Notes under the pieces: model-generated
The model's input: the letters and a program-made list of their open reading frames with translations, nothing else
What the model was told of the DNA's origin: nothing
Database searches by the model: none
Translations under genes and position numbers: made by a program
Shown here: one piece after another, positions 28,001 to 45,585 of the stretch
Numbering within the stretch: position 1 is the first letter of the stretch
Layout: each line of letters begins with the position of its first letter
Source: Leptogorgia sarmentosa
Lineage: Eukaryota
Assembly: GCA_964658305.1 (NCBI GenBank)
Contig: OZ210885.1
Location: forward strand, 25,854,001-25,918,000
Direction: 5' to 3'
DNA: 64,000 nt

Positions 28001-31000
28001 TTCATGATCGTTAATCATAATCATGATCGTTAATCATAATCATGATCGTTAATCATAGTTATGACCGTTAATCAAAATCATGACCGCTAATCATAATCAT
28101 GATCCTTAATCATATTCATGATCGTTAATCATAATCATGATCGTCAATCATAATCATGACCACTAATCATAATCATGATCGTTAATCATAATCATGATCG
28201 TCAATCATGATCGTCAATCATATTCATGATCGTTAATCATAATCATGATCGTCAATCATCATCATGATCGTTAATCATAATCATGAATGTCAATCATGAT
28301 CGTTAATCATAATCATGAACGTTAATCATATTCGTGATCGTTAATCATAATCATGATCGACAATCATAATCATGACCGCTTAGCATAATCATGATCGTCA
28401 ATCATGATCATGACCGCTAATCATAATCATGATAATTAATCAAATTCATGATCGTCAATCATCATCGTTAATCATAATCAAGATCGTTAATCATAATCAT
28501 CATCGTTAATCATGGTCATGATCGTTAATGATAATCATGATCGTAAATCAAATTCCTGATAGTCAATCATCATCGTCAATCATAATCATGATCGTTAATC
28601 GTAATCATGATCGTTAATCATAATCATGATCGTTAATCATATTCATGATCGTTAATCATAATCCTGATCGTCAATCATAATCATGACCGCTAATCATAAT
28701 CATGATGGTTAATCATAATCATGATCGTTAATCATATTGATGATCGTTAATCATAATCATGATCGTTAATCATAATCATGATCGTTAATCATAATCATGA
28801 CCGTTAATCAAAATCATGACCACTAATCATAATCATGATCCTTTATCATATACATGATCGTTAATCATAATCATGATCGTCAATCATAATCATGACCGCT
28901 AATCATAATCATGATCGTTAATCATAATCATGATCGTCAATCATGATCGTTAATCATATTCATGATCGTTAATCATAATCATGATCGACAATCATAATCA
29001 TGACCGCTAATCATAATCATGATCGTCAATGATAATCATGACCGCTAATCATAATCATGATAATTAGTCAAATTCATGATCGTCAATCATCATCGTTAAT
29101 CATAATCAAGATCGTTAATCATAATCATCATCGTTAATCATGGTCATGATCGTTAATCATAATCATGACCGCTAATCATAATCATGATCCTCAATCATAA
29201 TCATGACCGCTAATCATAATCATGATAATTAATCAAATTCATGATCATCAATCATCATCGTTAATCATAATCAAGATCGTTAATCATAATCATCATCGTT
29301 AATCATGGTCATGATCGTTAATCATAATCATGATCGTAAATCAAATTCCTGATAGTCAATCATCATCGTCAATCATAATCATGATCGTTAATCGTAATCA
29401 TGATCGTTAATCATAATCATGATCGTTAATCATATTCATGATCGTTAATCATAATCATGATCGTTAATCATATTCATGATCGTTAATCATAATCATGATC
29501 GACAATCATAATGATGACCGCTAGTCATAATCATGATCGTCAATCATAATCATAACCGCTAATCATAATCATGATCGTTAATCATAATCATGATGGTTAA
29601 TCATATTCATGATCGTTAATCATAATCATGATCGTTAATCATAATCATGATCGTTAATCATAATCATGACCGTTAATCATAATCATGATCGTTAATCATA
29701 ATCATGATCGTTAATCATGGTCATGATCGTTAGTCATACTCATGATCGTAAATCAAATTCCTGATAGTCAAACATCATCGTCAATCATAATCATGATCGT
29801 TAATGGTAATCATGATCGTTAATTATAATCATGATCGTTAATCATATTCATGATCGTTAATCATATTCATGATCGTTAATCATATTCATGATCGTTAATC
29901 ATAATCATGATCGTCAATCATAATCATGACCGCTAATCATAATCATGATCGTTAATCATGATCATGATCGTCAATCATGATCGTTAATCATAATCATGAT
30001 CGTTAATCATATTCATGATCGTTAATCATAATCATGATCGTCAATCATAATCATGACCGATAATCATATTCATGATCGTTAATCATATTCATGATCGTTA
30101 ATCATAATCATGATCGTCAATCATCATCATGATCGTTAATCATAATCATGATCATTAATCATATTCATGATCGTTAATCATAATCATGATCGACAATCAT
30201 AATCATGACCGCTAATCATAATCATGATCGTTAATCATAATCATGATCGTCAATCATGATCGTTAATCATATTCATGATCGTTAATCATAATCATGATCG
30301 TCAATCATCATCATGATCGTTAATCATAATCATGATTGTCAATCATGATCGTTAATCAGAGTCATGATCGTTAATCATATTCATGATCATTAATCATAAT
30401 CATGATCGACAATCATAATCATCACCGCTAATCATAATCATGATCGTTAATCATATTCATGATCGTTAATCATAATCATAATCATGATCGTCAATCATAA
30501 TCATGACCGCTAATCATAATCATGATAATTAATCAAATTCATGATCGTCAATCATCATCGTTACTCATAATCATGATCGTTAATCATAATCATAATCGTT
30601 AATCATGGTCATGATCGTTAATCATAATCATGATCGTAAATCAAATTCCTGATAGTCAATCATCATCGTCAATCATAATCGTGATCGTTAATCGTAATCA
30701 TGATCGTTAATCATAATCATGATCGTTAATCATATTCATGATCGTTAATCATAATCATGATCGTTAATCATAATCATGGTCGTTAATCATAATCATGACC
30801 GTTAATCAAAATCATGACCGCTAATCATAATCATGATCCTTAATCATATTCATGATCGTTAATTATAATCATGATCGTCAATCATAATCATGACCGCTAA
30901 TCATCATCATGATCGTTAATCATAATCATGATCGTCAATCATCATCATGATCGTTAATCATAATCATGATCGTCAATCATGATCGTTAATCATATTCATG

Positions 31001-33439
31001 ATCGTTAATCATATTCATGATCGTTAATCATAATCATGATCGTTAATCATAATCATGATCGTTAATCATAATCATGACCGTTAATCAAAATCATGACCAC
31101 TAATCATAATCATGATCCTTTATCATATACATGATCGTTAATCATAATCATGATCGTCAATCATAATCATGACCGCTAATCATAATCATGATCGTTAATC
31201 ATAATCATGATCGTCAATCATGATCGTTAATCATATTCATGATCGTTAATCATAATCATGATCGACAATCATAATCATGACCGCTAATCATAATCATGAT
31301 CGTCAATGATAATCATGACCGCTAATCATAATCATGATAATTAGTCAAATTCATGATCGTCAATCATGATCGTTAATCATATTCATGATCGTTAATCATA
31401 TTCATGATCGTTAATCATAATCATGATCGTTAATCATAATCATGATCGTTAATCATAATCATGACCGTTAATCAAAATCATGATCGTTAATCATAATCAT
31501 GATCGTTAATCATAATCATGATCGTTAATCATAATCATGACCGTTAATCAAAATCATGACCGCTAATCATAATCATGATCCTTAATCATATTCATGATCG
31601 TTAATCATAATCATGATCCTTTATCATATACATGATCGTTAATCATAATCATGATCGTCAATCATAATCATGACCGCTAATCATAATCATGATCGTTAAT
31701 CATAATGATGATCGTCAATCATGATCGTTAATCATATTCATGATCGTTAATCATAATCATGATCGACAATCATAATCATGACCGCTAATCATAATCATGA
31801 TCGTCAATGATAATCATGACCGCTAATCATAATCATGATAATTAGTCAAATTCATGATCGTCAATCATCATCGTTAATCATAATCAAGATCGTTAATCAT
31901 AATCATCATCGTTAATCATGGTCATGATCGTTAATCATAATCATGATCGTAAATGAAATTCCTGATAGTCAATCATCATCGTCAATAATAATCATGATCG
32001 TTAATCGTAATCATGATCGTTAATCATGATCATGATCGTTAATCATATTCATGATCGTTAATCATAATCATGATCGTTAATCATATTCATGATCGTTAAT
32101 CATAATCATCATCGACAATCATAATCATGACGGCTAATCATAATCATGATCGTCAATCATAATCATGACCGCTAATCATAATCATGATCGTTAATCATAA
32201 TCATGATCGTTAATCATATTCATGATCGTTAATCATAATCATGATCGTTAATCATAATCATGATCGTCAATCATAATCATGATCGTTAATCGTAATCATG
32301 ATCGTTAATTATAATCATCATCGTTAATCATATTCATGATCGTTAATCATAATCATGATCGTTAATCATAATCATGATCGTTAATCATAATCATGATCGT
32401 TAATCATAATCATGATCGTTAATCATGATCGTTAATCATGGTCATGATCGTTAATCATAATCATGATCGTAAATCAAATTCCTGATAGTCAATCATCATC
32501 GTCAATCATAATCATGATCGTTAATCGTAATCATGATCGTTAATTATAATCATGATCGTTAATCATATTCATGATCGTTAATCATATTCATGATCGTTAA
32601 TCATAATCATGATCGTTAATCATAATCATCTTCGTTAATCAAAATCATGACCGTTAATCATGATCGTTAATCATATTCATGATCGTTAATCATATTCATG
32701 ATCGTTAATCATAATCATGATCGACAATCATAATCATGACCGCTAATCATAATCATGATCGTTAATCATATTCATGATCGTTAATCATAATCATGATCGT
32801 CAATCATAATCATGACCGCGAATCATAATCATGATAATTAATCAAATTCATGATCGTCAATCATCATCGTTACTCATAATCATGATCGTTAATCATAATC
32901 ATGATGGTTAATCATGGTCATGATCGTTAATCATAATCATGATCGTAATCATGATCGTTAATCATAATCATGATCGTTAATCATATTCATGATCGTTAAT
33001 CATAATCATGATCGTTAATCATAATCATGATCGTCAATCATCATCATGATCGTTAATCATAATCATGATCGTCAATCATGATCGTTAATCATAATCATAA
33101 TCGTTAATCATATTCATGATCGTTAATCATAATCATGATCGACAATCATAATCATGACCGCTAATCATAATCATGATCGTTAATCATAATCATGATCGTC
33201 AATCATGATCGTAAATCATATTCATGATCGTTAATCATAATCATGATCGTCAATCATCATCATGATCGTTAATCATAATCATGATCGTCAATCATGATCG
33301 TTAATCATAATCATGATCGTTAATCATATTCATGATCGTTAATCATAATCGTGATCGACAATCATAATCATGACCGCTAATCATAATCATGATCGTTAAT
33401 CATATTCATGATCGTTAATCATAATCATGATCGTCAATC

Positions 33440-36400
33440 ATAATCATGACCGCGAATCATAATCGTGATAATTAATCAAATTCATGATCGTCAATCATCA
33501 TCGTTACTCATAATCATGATCGTTAATCATAATCATGATGGTTAATCATGGTCATGATCGTTAATCATAATCATGATCGCAAATCAAATTCCTGATAGTC
33601 AATCATCATCGTCAATCATAATCATGATCGTTAATCGTAATCATGATCGTTAATCATAATCATGATCGTTAATCATATTCATGATCGTTAATCATAATCA
33701 TGATCGTTAATCATAATCATGATCGTTAATCATAGTTATGACCGTTAATCAAAATCATGACCGCTAATCATAATCATGATCCTTAATCATATTCATGATC
33801 GTTAATCATAATCATGATCGTCAATCATAATCATGACCACTAATCATAATCATGATCGTTAATCATAATCATGATCGTCAATCATGATCGTCAATCATAT
33901 TCATGATCGTTAATCATAATCATGATCGTCAATCATCATCATGATCGTTAATCATAATCATGATCGTCAATCATGATCGTTAATCATAATCATGAACGTT
34001 AATCATATTCGTGATCGTTAATCATAATCATGATCGACAATCATAATCATGACCGCTTAGCATAATCATGATCGTGAATCATGATCATGACCGCTAATCA
34101 TAATCATGATAATTAATCAAATTCATGATCGTCAATCATCATCGTTAATCATAATCAAGATCGTTAATCATAATCATCATCGTTAATCATGGTCATGATC
34201 GTTAATCATAATCATGATCGTAAATCAAATTCCTGATAGTCAATCATCATCGTCAATCATAATCATGATCGTTAATCGTAATCATGATCGTTAATCATAA
34301 TCATGATCGTTAATCATATTCATGATCGTTAATCATAATCCTGATCGTCAATCATGATCATGACCGCTAATCATAATCATGATGGTTAATCATAATCATG
34401 ATCGTTAATCATATTCATGATCGTTAATCATAATCATGCTCGTTAATCATAATCATGATCGTTAATTATAATCATGACCGTTAATCATAATCATGATCGT
34501 TAATCATAATCATGATCGTTAATCATGGTCATGATCGTTAATCATAATCATGATCGTAAATCAAATTCCTGATAGTCAATCATCATCGTGAATCATAATC
34601 ATGGTCGTTAATCGTAATCATGATCGTTAATCGTAATCATGATCGTTATTCATATTCATGATCGTTAATCATAATCATGATCGTTAATCATAATCATGAT
34701 CATTAATCATAATCATGACCGTTAATCATAATCATGACCGCTAATCTTAATAACGATCCTTAATCATATTCATGATCGTTAATCATAATCATGATCGTCA
34801 ATCATAATCATGACTGCTAATCATAATCATGATCGTTAATCATAATCATGATCGTCAATCATGATCGTTAATCATATTCATGATCGTTAATGATAATCGT
34901 GATCGTCAATCATCATCATGATCGTTAATCATAATCATGATTGTCAATCATGATCGTTAATCATAATCGTGATCGTTAATCATATTCATGATCGTTAATC
35001 ATAATCATGATCGACAATCATAATCATGACCGCTCATCATAATCATGATAATTAATCAAATTCATGATCGTCTATCATCATCGTAATCATAATCATGATC
35101 GTTAATCATAATCATGATCGTTAATCATGGTCATGATCTTTAATTATAATCATGATCGTAAATCAAATTCCTGATAGTGAATCATCATCGTCAATCATAA
35201 TCATGATCTTTAATCATAATCATGATCGTTAATCATAATCATTATCGTTAATCATATTCATGATCGTTAATCATAATCATGATCGTTAATCATATTCATG
35301 ATCGTTAATCATAATCATGATCGTCAATCATAATAATGACCGCTAATCATAATCATGATCGTTAATCATATTCATGATAGTTAATCATAATCATGATCGT
35401 TAATCATATTCATGATTGTTAAACATAATCATGATCGTAAATCAAATTCCTGATAGTCAATCATCATCGTCAATCATAATCGTGATCGCTAATCGTAATC
35501 ATGATCGTTAATCATTATCGTGATCGTTAATCATATTCATGATCGTTAATCATAATCATGATCTTAAATAATAATCATGATCGTCAATCATAATCATGAC
35601 CGTTAATCATAATCATGATCGTTAATCATAATCATGATCGTCAATCATGAACGTTAATCATATTCATGATCGTTAATCATAATCATGATCGTCAATCATC
35701 ATCATGATCGTTAATCATAATCATGATCGTCAATCATGATCGTTAATCATAATCATGATCGTTAATCATATTCATGATCGGTAATCATAATCATGATCGT
35801 CAATCATAATCATGACCGCTAATCATAATCACGATAATTAATCAAATTCATGATCGTCAATCATCATCGTTAATCATAATCAAGATCGTTAATCATAATC
35901 ATGATCGTTAATCATGGTCAAGATCGTTAATCATAATTATGATCGTAAGTCAAATTCCTGATAGTCAATCATCATCGTCAATCATAATCATGATCGTTAA
36001 TCGTAATCATGATCGTTAATCATAATCATGATCGTTAATCATATTCATGATCGTTAATCATAATCATGATCGTTAATCATAATCATGACCGTTAATCATA
36101 ATCATGACCGCTAATCATAATCACGATCCTTAATCATATTCATGATCGTTAATCATAATCATGATCGTCAATCATAATCATGACTGCTAATCATAATCAT
36201 GATCGTTAATCATAATCATGACTGCTAATCATAATCATGATCGTTAATCATGGTCATGATCGTTAATCATAATTATGATCGTCAATCATAATCATGACCG
36301 CGAATCATAATCGTGATAATTAATCAAATTCATGATCGTCAATCATCATCGTTACTCATAATCATGATCGTTAATCATAATCATGATGGTTAATCATGGT

Positions 36401-39400
36401 CATGATCGTTAATCATAATCATGATCGCAAATCAAATTCCTGATAGTCAATCATCATCGTCAATCATAATCATGATCGTTAATCGTAATCATGATCGTTA
36501 ATCATAATCATGATCGTTAATCATATTCATGATCGTTAATCATAATCATGATCGTTAATCATAATCATGATCGTTAATCATAGTTATGACCGTTAATCAA
36601 AATCATGACCGCTAATCATAATCATGATCCTTAATCATATTCATGATCGTTAATCATAATCATGATCGTCAATCATAATCATGACCACTAATCATAATCA
36701 TGATCGTTAATCATAATCATGATCGTCAATCATGATCGTCAATCATATTCATGATCGTTAATCATAATCATGATCGTCAATCATCATCATGATCGTTAAT
36801 CATAATCATGATCGTCAATCATGATCGTTAATCATAATCATGAACGTTAATCATATTCGTGATCGTTAATCATAATCATGACCGTTAATCATAATCATGA
36901 CCGCTAATCATAATCACGATCCTTAATCATATTCATGATCGTTAATCATAATCATGATCGTCAATCATAATCATGACTGCTAATCATAATCATGATCGTT
37001 AATCATAATCATGACTGCTAATCATAATCATGATCGTTAATCATGGTCATGATCGTTAATCATAATTATGATCGTCAATCATAATCATGACCGCGAATCA
37101 TAATCGTGATAATTAATCAAATTCATGATCGTCAATCATCATCGTTACTCATAATCATGATCGTTAATCATAATCATGATGGTTAATCATGGTCATGATC
37201 GTTAATCATAATCATGATCGCAAATCAAATTCCTGATAGTCAATCATCATCGTCAATCATAATCATGATCGTTAATCGTAATCATGATCGTTAATCATAA
37301 TCATGATCGTTAATCATATTCATGATCGTTAATCATAATCATGATCGTTAATCATAATCATGATCGTTAATCATAGTTATGACCGTTAATCAAAATCATG
37401 ACCGCTAATCATAATCATGATCCTTAATCATATTCATGATCGTTAATCATAATCATGATCGTCAATCATAATCATGACCACTAATCATAATCATGATCGT
37501 TAATCATAATCATGATCGTCAATCATGATCGTCAATCATATTCATGATCGTTAATCATAATCATGATCGTCAATCATCATCATGATCGTTAATCATAATC
37601 ATGATCGTCAATCATGATCGTTAATCATAATCATGAACGTTAATCATATTCGTGATCGTTAATCATAATCATGATCGACAATCATAATCATGACCGCTTA
37701 GCATAATCATGATCGTGAATCATGATCATGACCGCTAATCATAATCATGATAATTAATCAAATTCATGATCGTCAATCATCATCGTTAATCATAATCAAG
37801 ATCGTTAATCATAATCATCATCGTTAATCATGGTCATGATCGTTAATCATAATCATGATCGTAAATCAAATTCCTGATAGTCAATCATCATCGTCAATCA
37901 TAATCATGATCGTTAATCGTAATCATGATCGTTAATCATAATCATGATCGTTAATCATATTCATGATCGTTAATCATAATCCTGATCGTCAATCATGATC
38001 ATGACCGCTAATCATAATCATGATGGTTAATCATAATCATGATCGTTAATCATATTCATGATCGTTAATCATAATCATGCTCGTTAATCATAATCATGAT
38101 CGTTAATTATAATCATGACCGTTAATCATAATCATGATCGTTAATCATAATCATGATCGTTAATCATGGTCATGATCGTTAATCATAATCATGATCGTAA
38201 ATCAAATTCCTGATAGTCAATCATCATCGTGAATCATAATCATGGTCGTTAATCGTAATCATGATCGTTAATCGTAATCATGATCGTTATTCATATTCAT
38301 GATCGTTAATCATAATCATGATCGTTAATCATAATCATGATCATTAATCATAATCATGACCGTTAATCATAATCATGACCGCTAATCTTAATAACGATCC
38401 TTAATCATATTCATGATCGTTAATCATAATCATGATCGTCAATCATAATCATGACTGCTAATCATAATCATGATCGTTAATCATAATCATGATCGTCAAT
38501 CATGATCGTTAATCATATTCATGATCGTTAATGATAATCGTGATCGTCAATCATCATCATGATCGTTAATCATAATCATGATTGTCAATCATGATCGTTA
38601 ATCATAATCGTGATCGTTAATCATATTCATGATCGTTAATCATAATCATGATCGACAATCATAATCATGACCGCTCATCATAATCATGATAATTAATCAA
38701 ATTCATGATCGTCTATCATCATCGTAATCATAATCATGATCGTTAATCATAATCATGATCGTTAATCATGGTCATGATCTTTAATTATAATCATGATCGT
38801 AAATCAAATTCCTGATAGTGAATCATCATCGTCAATCATAATCATGATCTTTAATCATAATCATGATCGTTAATCATAATCATTATCGTTAATCATATTC
38901 ATGATCGTTAATCATAATCATGATCGTTAATCATATTCATGATCGTTAATCATAATCATGATCGTCAATCATAATAATGACCGCTAATCATAATCATGAT
39001 CGTTAATCATATTCATGATAGTTAATCATAATCATGATCGTTAATCATATTCATGATTGTTAAACATAATCATGATCGTAAATCAAATTCCTGATAGTCA
39101 ATCATCATCGTCAATCATAATCGTGATCGCTAATCGTAATCATGATCGTTAATCATTATCGTGATCGTTAATCATATTCATGATCGTTAATCATAATCAT
39201 GATCTTAAATAATAATCATGATCGTCAATCATAATCATGACCGTTAATCATAATCATGATCGTTAATCATAATCATGATCGTCAATCATGAACGTTAATC
39301 ATATTCATGATCGTTAATCATAATCATGATCGTCAATCATCATCATGATCGTTAATCATAATCATGATCGTCAATCATGATCGTTAATCATAATCATGAT

Positions 39401-39915
39401 CGTTAATCATATTCATGATCGGTAATCATAATCATGATCGTCAATCATAATCATGACCGCTAATCATAATCACGATAATTAATCAAATTCATGATCGTCA
39501 ATCATCATCGTTAATCATAATCAAGATCGTTAATCATAATCATGATCGTTAATCATGGTCAAGATCGTTAATCATAATTATGATCGTAAGTCAAATTCCT
39601 GATAGTCAATCATCATCGTCAATCATAATCATGATCGTTAATCGTAATCATGATCGTTAATCATAATCATGATCGTTAATCATATTCATGATCGTTAATC
39701 ATAATCATGATCGTTAATCATAATCATGACCGTTAATCATAATCATGACCGCTAATCATAATCACGATCCTTAATCATATTCATGATCGTTAATCATAAT
39801 CATGATCGTCAATCATAATCATGACTGCTAATCATAATCATGATCGTTAATCATAATCATGACTGCTAATCATAATCATGATCGTTAATCATGGTCATGA
39901 TCGTTAATCATAATT
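33440..39915. repeat. Higher-order tandem duplication: ~2848-bp unit with a nested 793-bp duplication
   Basis: Rare marker cgaatcataatcgtgataat at 33453, 36301 and 37094. ctaatcttaataacgatcc at 34741 and 38382. gatcgtaagtcaaatt at 35941 and 39582 (offset 3641 = 2848 + 793). Boundaries approximate. Confidence 0.8.
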
Positions 39916-40471
39916 ATGATCGTAAATCAAATTCCTGATAGTCAATCATCATCGTCAATCATAATCATGATCGTTAATCGTAATCATGATCGTTAATCAT
40001 AATCATGATCGTTAATCATAATCATGATCGTTAATCATAATCATGATCGTTAATCATAATCATGACCGTTGATCATAATCATGACCGCTAATCATAATCA
40101 CGATCCTTAATCATATTCATGATCGTTAATGATAATCATGATCGTCAATCATAATCATGACTGCTAATCATAATCATGATCGTTAATCATAATCATGATC
40201 GTCAATCATGATCGTTAATCATATTCATGATCGTTAATCATAATCGTGATCGTCAATCATCACCATGATCGTTAATCATAATCATGATTGTCAATCATGA
40301 TCGTTAATCATAATCGTGATCGTTAATCATATTCATGATCGTTAATCATAATCATGATCGACAATCATAATCATGACCGCTCATCATAATCTTGATAATT
40401 AATCAAATTCATGATCGTCAATCATCATCGTTAATCATAATCATGATCGTTAATCATAATCATGATCGTTA

Positions 40472-43400
40472 ATCATGGTCATGATCTTTAATTATAATCA
40501 TGATCGTAAATCAAATTCCTGATAGTCAATCATCATCGTCAATCATAATCATGATCGTTAATCGTAATCATGATCGTTAATCATAATCATTATCGTTAAT
40601 CATATTCATGATCGTTAATCATAATCATGATCGTTAATCATATTCATGATCGTTAATCATAATCATGATCGTCAATCATAATCATGACCGCTAATCATAA
40701 TCATGATCGTTAATCATATTCATGATCGTTAATCATAATCAGGATCGTTAATCATATTCATGATTGTTAAACATAATCATGATCGTAAATCAAATTCCTG
40801 ATAGTCAATCATCATCGTCAATCATAATCGTGATCGTTAATCGTAATCATGATCGTTAATCATTATCATGATCGTTAATCATATTCATGATCGTTAATCA
40901 TAATCATGATCGTAAAAATAATCATAATCGTCAATCATAATCATGACCGTTAATCATAATCATGATCGTTAATCATAATCATGATCGTCAATCATGAACG
41001 TTAATCATATTCATGATCGTTAATCATAATCATGATCGTCAATCATCATCATGATCGTTAATCATAATCATGATCGTCAATCATGATCGTTAATCATAAT
41101 CATGATCGTTAATCATATTCATGATCGTTAATCATAATCATGATCGTCAATCATAATCATGACCGCTAATCATAATCACGATAATTAATCAAATTCATGA
41201 TCGTCAATCATCATCGTTAATCATAATCAAGATCGTTAATCATAATCATGATCGTTAATCATGGTCATGATCGTTAATCATAATTATGATCGTAAATCAA
41301 ATTCCTGATAGTCAATCATCATCGTCAATCATAATCATGATCGTTAATCGTAATCATGATCGTTAATCATAATCATGATCGTTAATCATATTCATGATCG
41401 TTAATCATAATCATGATCAGTAATCATATTCATGATCGTTAATCATAATCATGATCGTCAATCATAATCATGACCGCCAATCATAATCATGATCGTTAAT
41501 CATATTCATGATCGTTAATCATAATCATGTTCGTCAATTTTCATCATGATCGTTAATCATAATCATGATCGTCAATCATGATCGTTAATCATAATCATGA
41601 TCGTTAGTCATATTCATGATCGTTAATCATAATCATGATGCTTTATCATATACATGATCGTTAATCATAATCATGATCGTCAATCATAATCATGACCGCT
41701 AATCATAATCATGATCGTTAATCATAATCATGATCGTCAATCATGATCGTTAATCATAATCATGATCATTAATCATATTCATGATTGTTAATCATAATCA
41801 TGACCGCTAATCATAATCATGATCGTTAATCATATTCATGATTGTTAATCATAATCATGATGGTCAATCATAATCATGACCGCTAATCATAATTATGATA
41901 ATTAATCAAATTCATGCTCGTCAGTCATGTTCCTTAATCATAATGATGATCGTCAATCATAATCATGAACGCTAATCATAATCATGATAGTCAATCATAA
42001 TCATGATCGTTAATCATAATCATGATCGTTAATCAGATTCATGATCGTTAATCATAATCATCATCTTTAATCATAATCATCATCGTTAATCATAATCATG
42101 ATCGTTAATCATATTCATGACCGCTAATCATAATCATGATCGTTAATCATAATCATGATCGTTAATCATAATCATGACCGCTAATCATAATCATGATCTT
42201 TAATCATATTCATGATCGTTAATCATAATCATGATCGTCAATCATAATCATGAACGCTAATCATAATCATGATAGTCAATCATAATCATGATCGTTAATC
42301 ACAATCATGATCATTAATCATGATCATAATCTTCAATCATAATCATCATCGTTAATCATAATCATGATCGTTAATCAGATTCATGATCGTTAATCATAAT
42401 CATCATCTTTAATCATATTCATGATCGTTAATCATAATCATCATCGTTATTGAAATTCATGATCATCTATCATAATCCTTAATCATAATCATGATCGTTA
42501 ATCATAATCATGACCGCTAATCATAATCATGATCTTTAATCATATTCATGATCGTTAATCATAATCATGATCGTCAATCATAATCATGACCGCTAATCAT
42601 AATCACGATAATTAATCAAATTCATGATCGTCAATCATCATCGTTAATCATAATCAAGATCGTTAATCATATTCATGATCGTTAATGATGGTCATGATCG
42701 TTAATGATAATTATGATCGTAAATCAAATTCCTGATAGTCAATCATCATCGTCAATCATAATCATGATCGTTAATCGTAATCATGATCGTTAATCATAAT
42801 CATGATCGTTAATCATATTCATGATCGTTAATCATAATCATGATCGTTAATCATAATCATGACCATTAATCATAATCATGACCGCTAATCATAATCACGA
42901 TCCTTAATCATATTCATGATCGTTAATCATAATCATGATCGTCAATCATAATCATGACTGCTAATCATAATCATGATCGTTAATCATAATCATGACTGCT
43001 AATCATAATCATGATCGTTAATCATGGTCATGATCTTTAATTATAATCATGATCGTAAATCAAATTCCTGATAGTCAATCATCATCGTCAATCATAATCA
43101 TGATCGTTAATCGTAATCATGATCGTTAATCATAATCATTATCGTTAATCATATTCATGATCGTTAATCATAATCATGATCGTTAATCATATTCATGATC
43201 GTTAATCATAATCATGATCGTCAATCATAATCATGACCGCTAATCATAATCATGATCGTTAATCATATTCATGATCGTTAATCATAATCAGGATCGTTAA
43301 TCATATTCATGATTGTTAAACATAATCATGATCGTAAATCAAATTCCTGATAGTCAATCATCATCGTCAATCATAATCGTGATCGTTAATCGTAATCATG

Positions 43401-45585
43401 ATCGTTAATCATTATCATGATCGTTAATCATATTCATGATCGTTAATCATAATCATGATCGTAAAAATAATCATAATCGTCAATCATAATCATGACCGTT
43501 AATCATAATCATGATCGTTAATCATAATCATGATCGTCAATCATGAACGTTAATCATATTCATGATCGTTAATCATAATCATGATCGTCAATCATCATCA
43601 TGATCGTTAATCATAATCATGATCGTCAATCATGATCGTTAATCATAATCATGATCGTTAATCATATTCATGATCGTTAATCATAATCATGATCGTCAAT
43701 CATAATCATGACCGCTAATCATAATCACGATAATTAATCAAATTCATGATCGTCAATCATCATCGTTAATCATAATCAAGATCGTTAATCATAATCATGA
43801 TCGTTAATCATGGTCATGATCGTTAATCATAATTATGATCGTAAATCAAATTCCTGATAGTCAATCATCATCGTCAATCATAATCATGATCGTTAATCGT
43901 AATCATGATCGTTAATCATAATCATGATCGTTAATCATATTCATGATCGTTAATCATAATCATGATCAGTAATCATATTCATGATCGTTAATCATAATCA
44001 TGATCGTCAATCATAATCATGACCGCCAATCATAATCATGATCGTTAATCATATTCATGATCGTTAATCATAATCATGTTCGTCAATTTTCATCATGATC
44101 GTTAATCATAATCATGATCGTCAATCATGATCGTTAATCATAATCATGATCGTTAGTCATATTCATGATCGTTAATCATAATCATGATGCTTTATCATAT
44201 ACATGATCGTTAATCATAATCATGATCGTCAATCATAATCATGACCGCTAATCATAATCATGATCGTTAATCATAATCATGATCGTCAATCATGATCGTT
44301 AATCATAATCATGATCATTAATCATATTCATGATTGTTAATCATAATCATGACCGCTAATCATAATCATGATCGTTAATCATATTCATGATTGTTAATCA
44401 TAATCATGATGGTCAATCATAATCATGACCGCTAATCATAATTATGATAATTAATCAAATTCATGCTCGTCAGTCATGTTCCTTAATCATAATGATGATC
44501 GTCAATCATAATCATGAACGCTAATCATAATCATGATAGTCAATCATAATCATGATCGTTAATCATAATCATGATCGTTAATCAGATTCATGATCGTTAA
44601 TCATAATCATCATCTTTAATCATAATCATCATCGTTAATCATAATCATGATCGTTAATCATATTCATGACCGCTAATCATAATCATGATCGTTAATCATA
44701 ATCATGATCGTTAATCATAATCATGACCGCTAATCATAATCATGATCTTTAATCATATTCATGATCGTTAATCATAATCATGATCGTCAATCATAATCAT
44801 GAACGCTAATCATAATCATGATAGTCAATCATAATCATGATCGTTAATCACAATCATGATCATTAATCATGATCATAATCTTCAATCATAATCATCATCG
44901 TTAATCATAATCATGATCGTTAATCAGATTCATGATCGTTAATCATAATCATCATCTTTAATCATATTCATGATCGTTAATCATAATCATCATCGTTATT
45001 GAAATTCATGATCATCTATCATAATCCTTAATCATAATCATGATCGTTAATCATAATCATGACCGCTAATCATAATCATGATCTTTAATCATATTCATGA
45101 TCGTTAATCATAATCATGATCGTCAATCATAATCATGACCGCTAATCATAATCACGATAATTAATCAAATTCATGATCGTCAATCATCATCGTTAATCAT
45201 AATCAAGATCGTTAATCATATTCATGATCGTTAATGATGGTCATGATCGTTAATGATAATTATGATCGTAAATCAAATTCCTGATAGTCAATCATCATCG
45301 TCAATCATAATCATGATCGTTAATCGTAATCATGATCGTTAATCATAATCATGATCGTTAATCATATTCATGATCGTTAATCATAATCATGATCGTTAAT
45401 CATAATCATGACCATTAATCATAATCATGACCGCTAATCATAATCACGATCCTTAATCATATTCATGATCGTTAATCATAATCATGATCGTCAATCATAA
45501 TCATGACTGCTAATCATAATCATGATCGTTAATCATAATCATGACTGCTAATCATAATCATGATCGTTAATCATGGTCATGATCG
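40472..45585. repeat. Higher-order tandem duplication, 2549-bp unit x2
   Basis: Markers at a constant offset of 2549: atcatggtcatgatctttaatt 40472/43021, cgtaaaaataatc 40911/43460, catgatcagtaatc 41412/43961. Confidence 0.85.
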
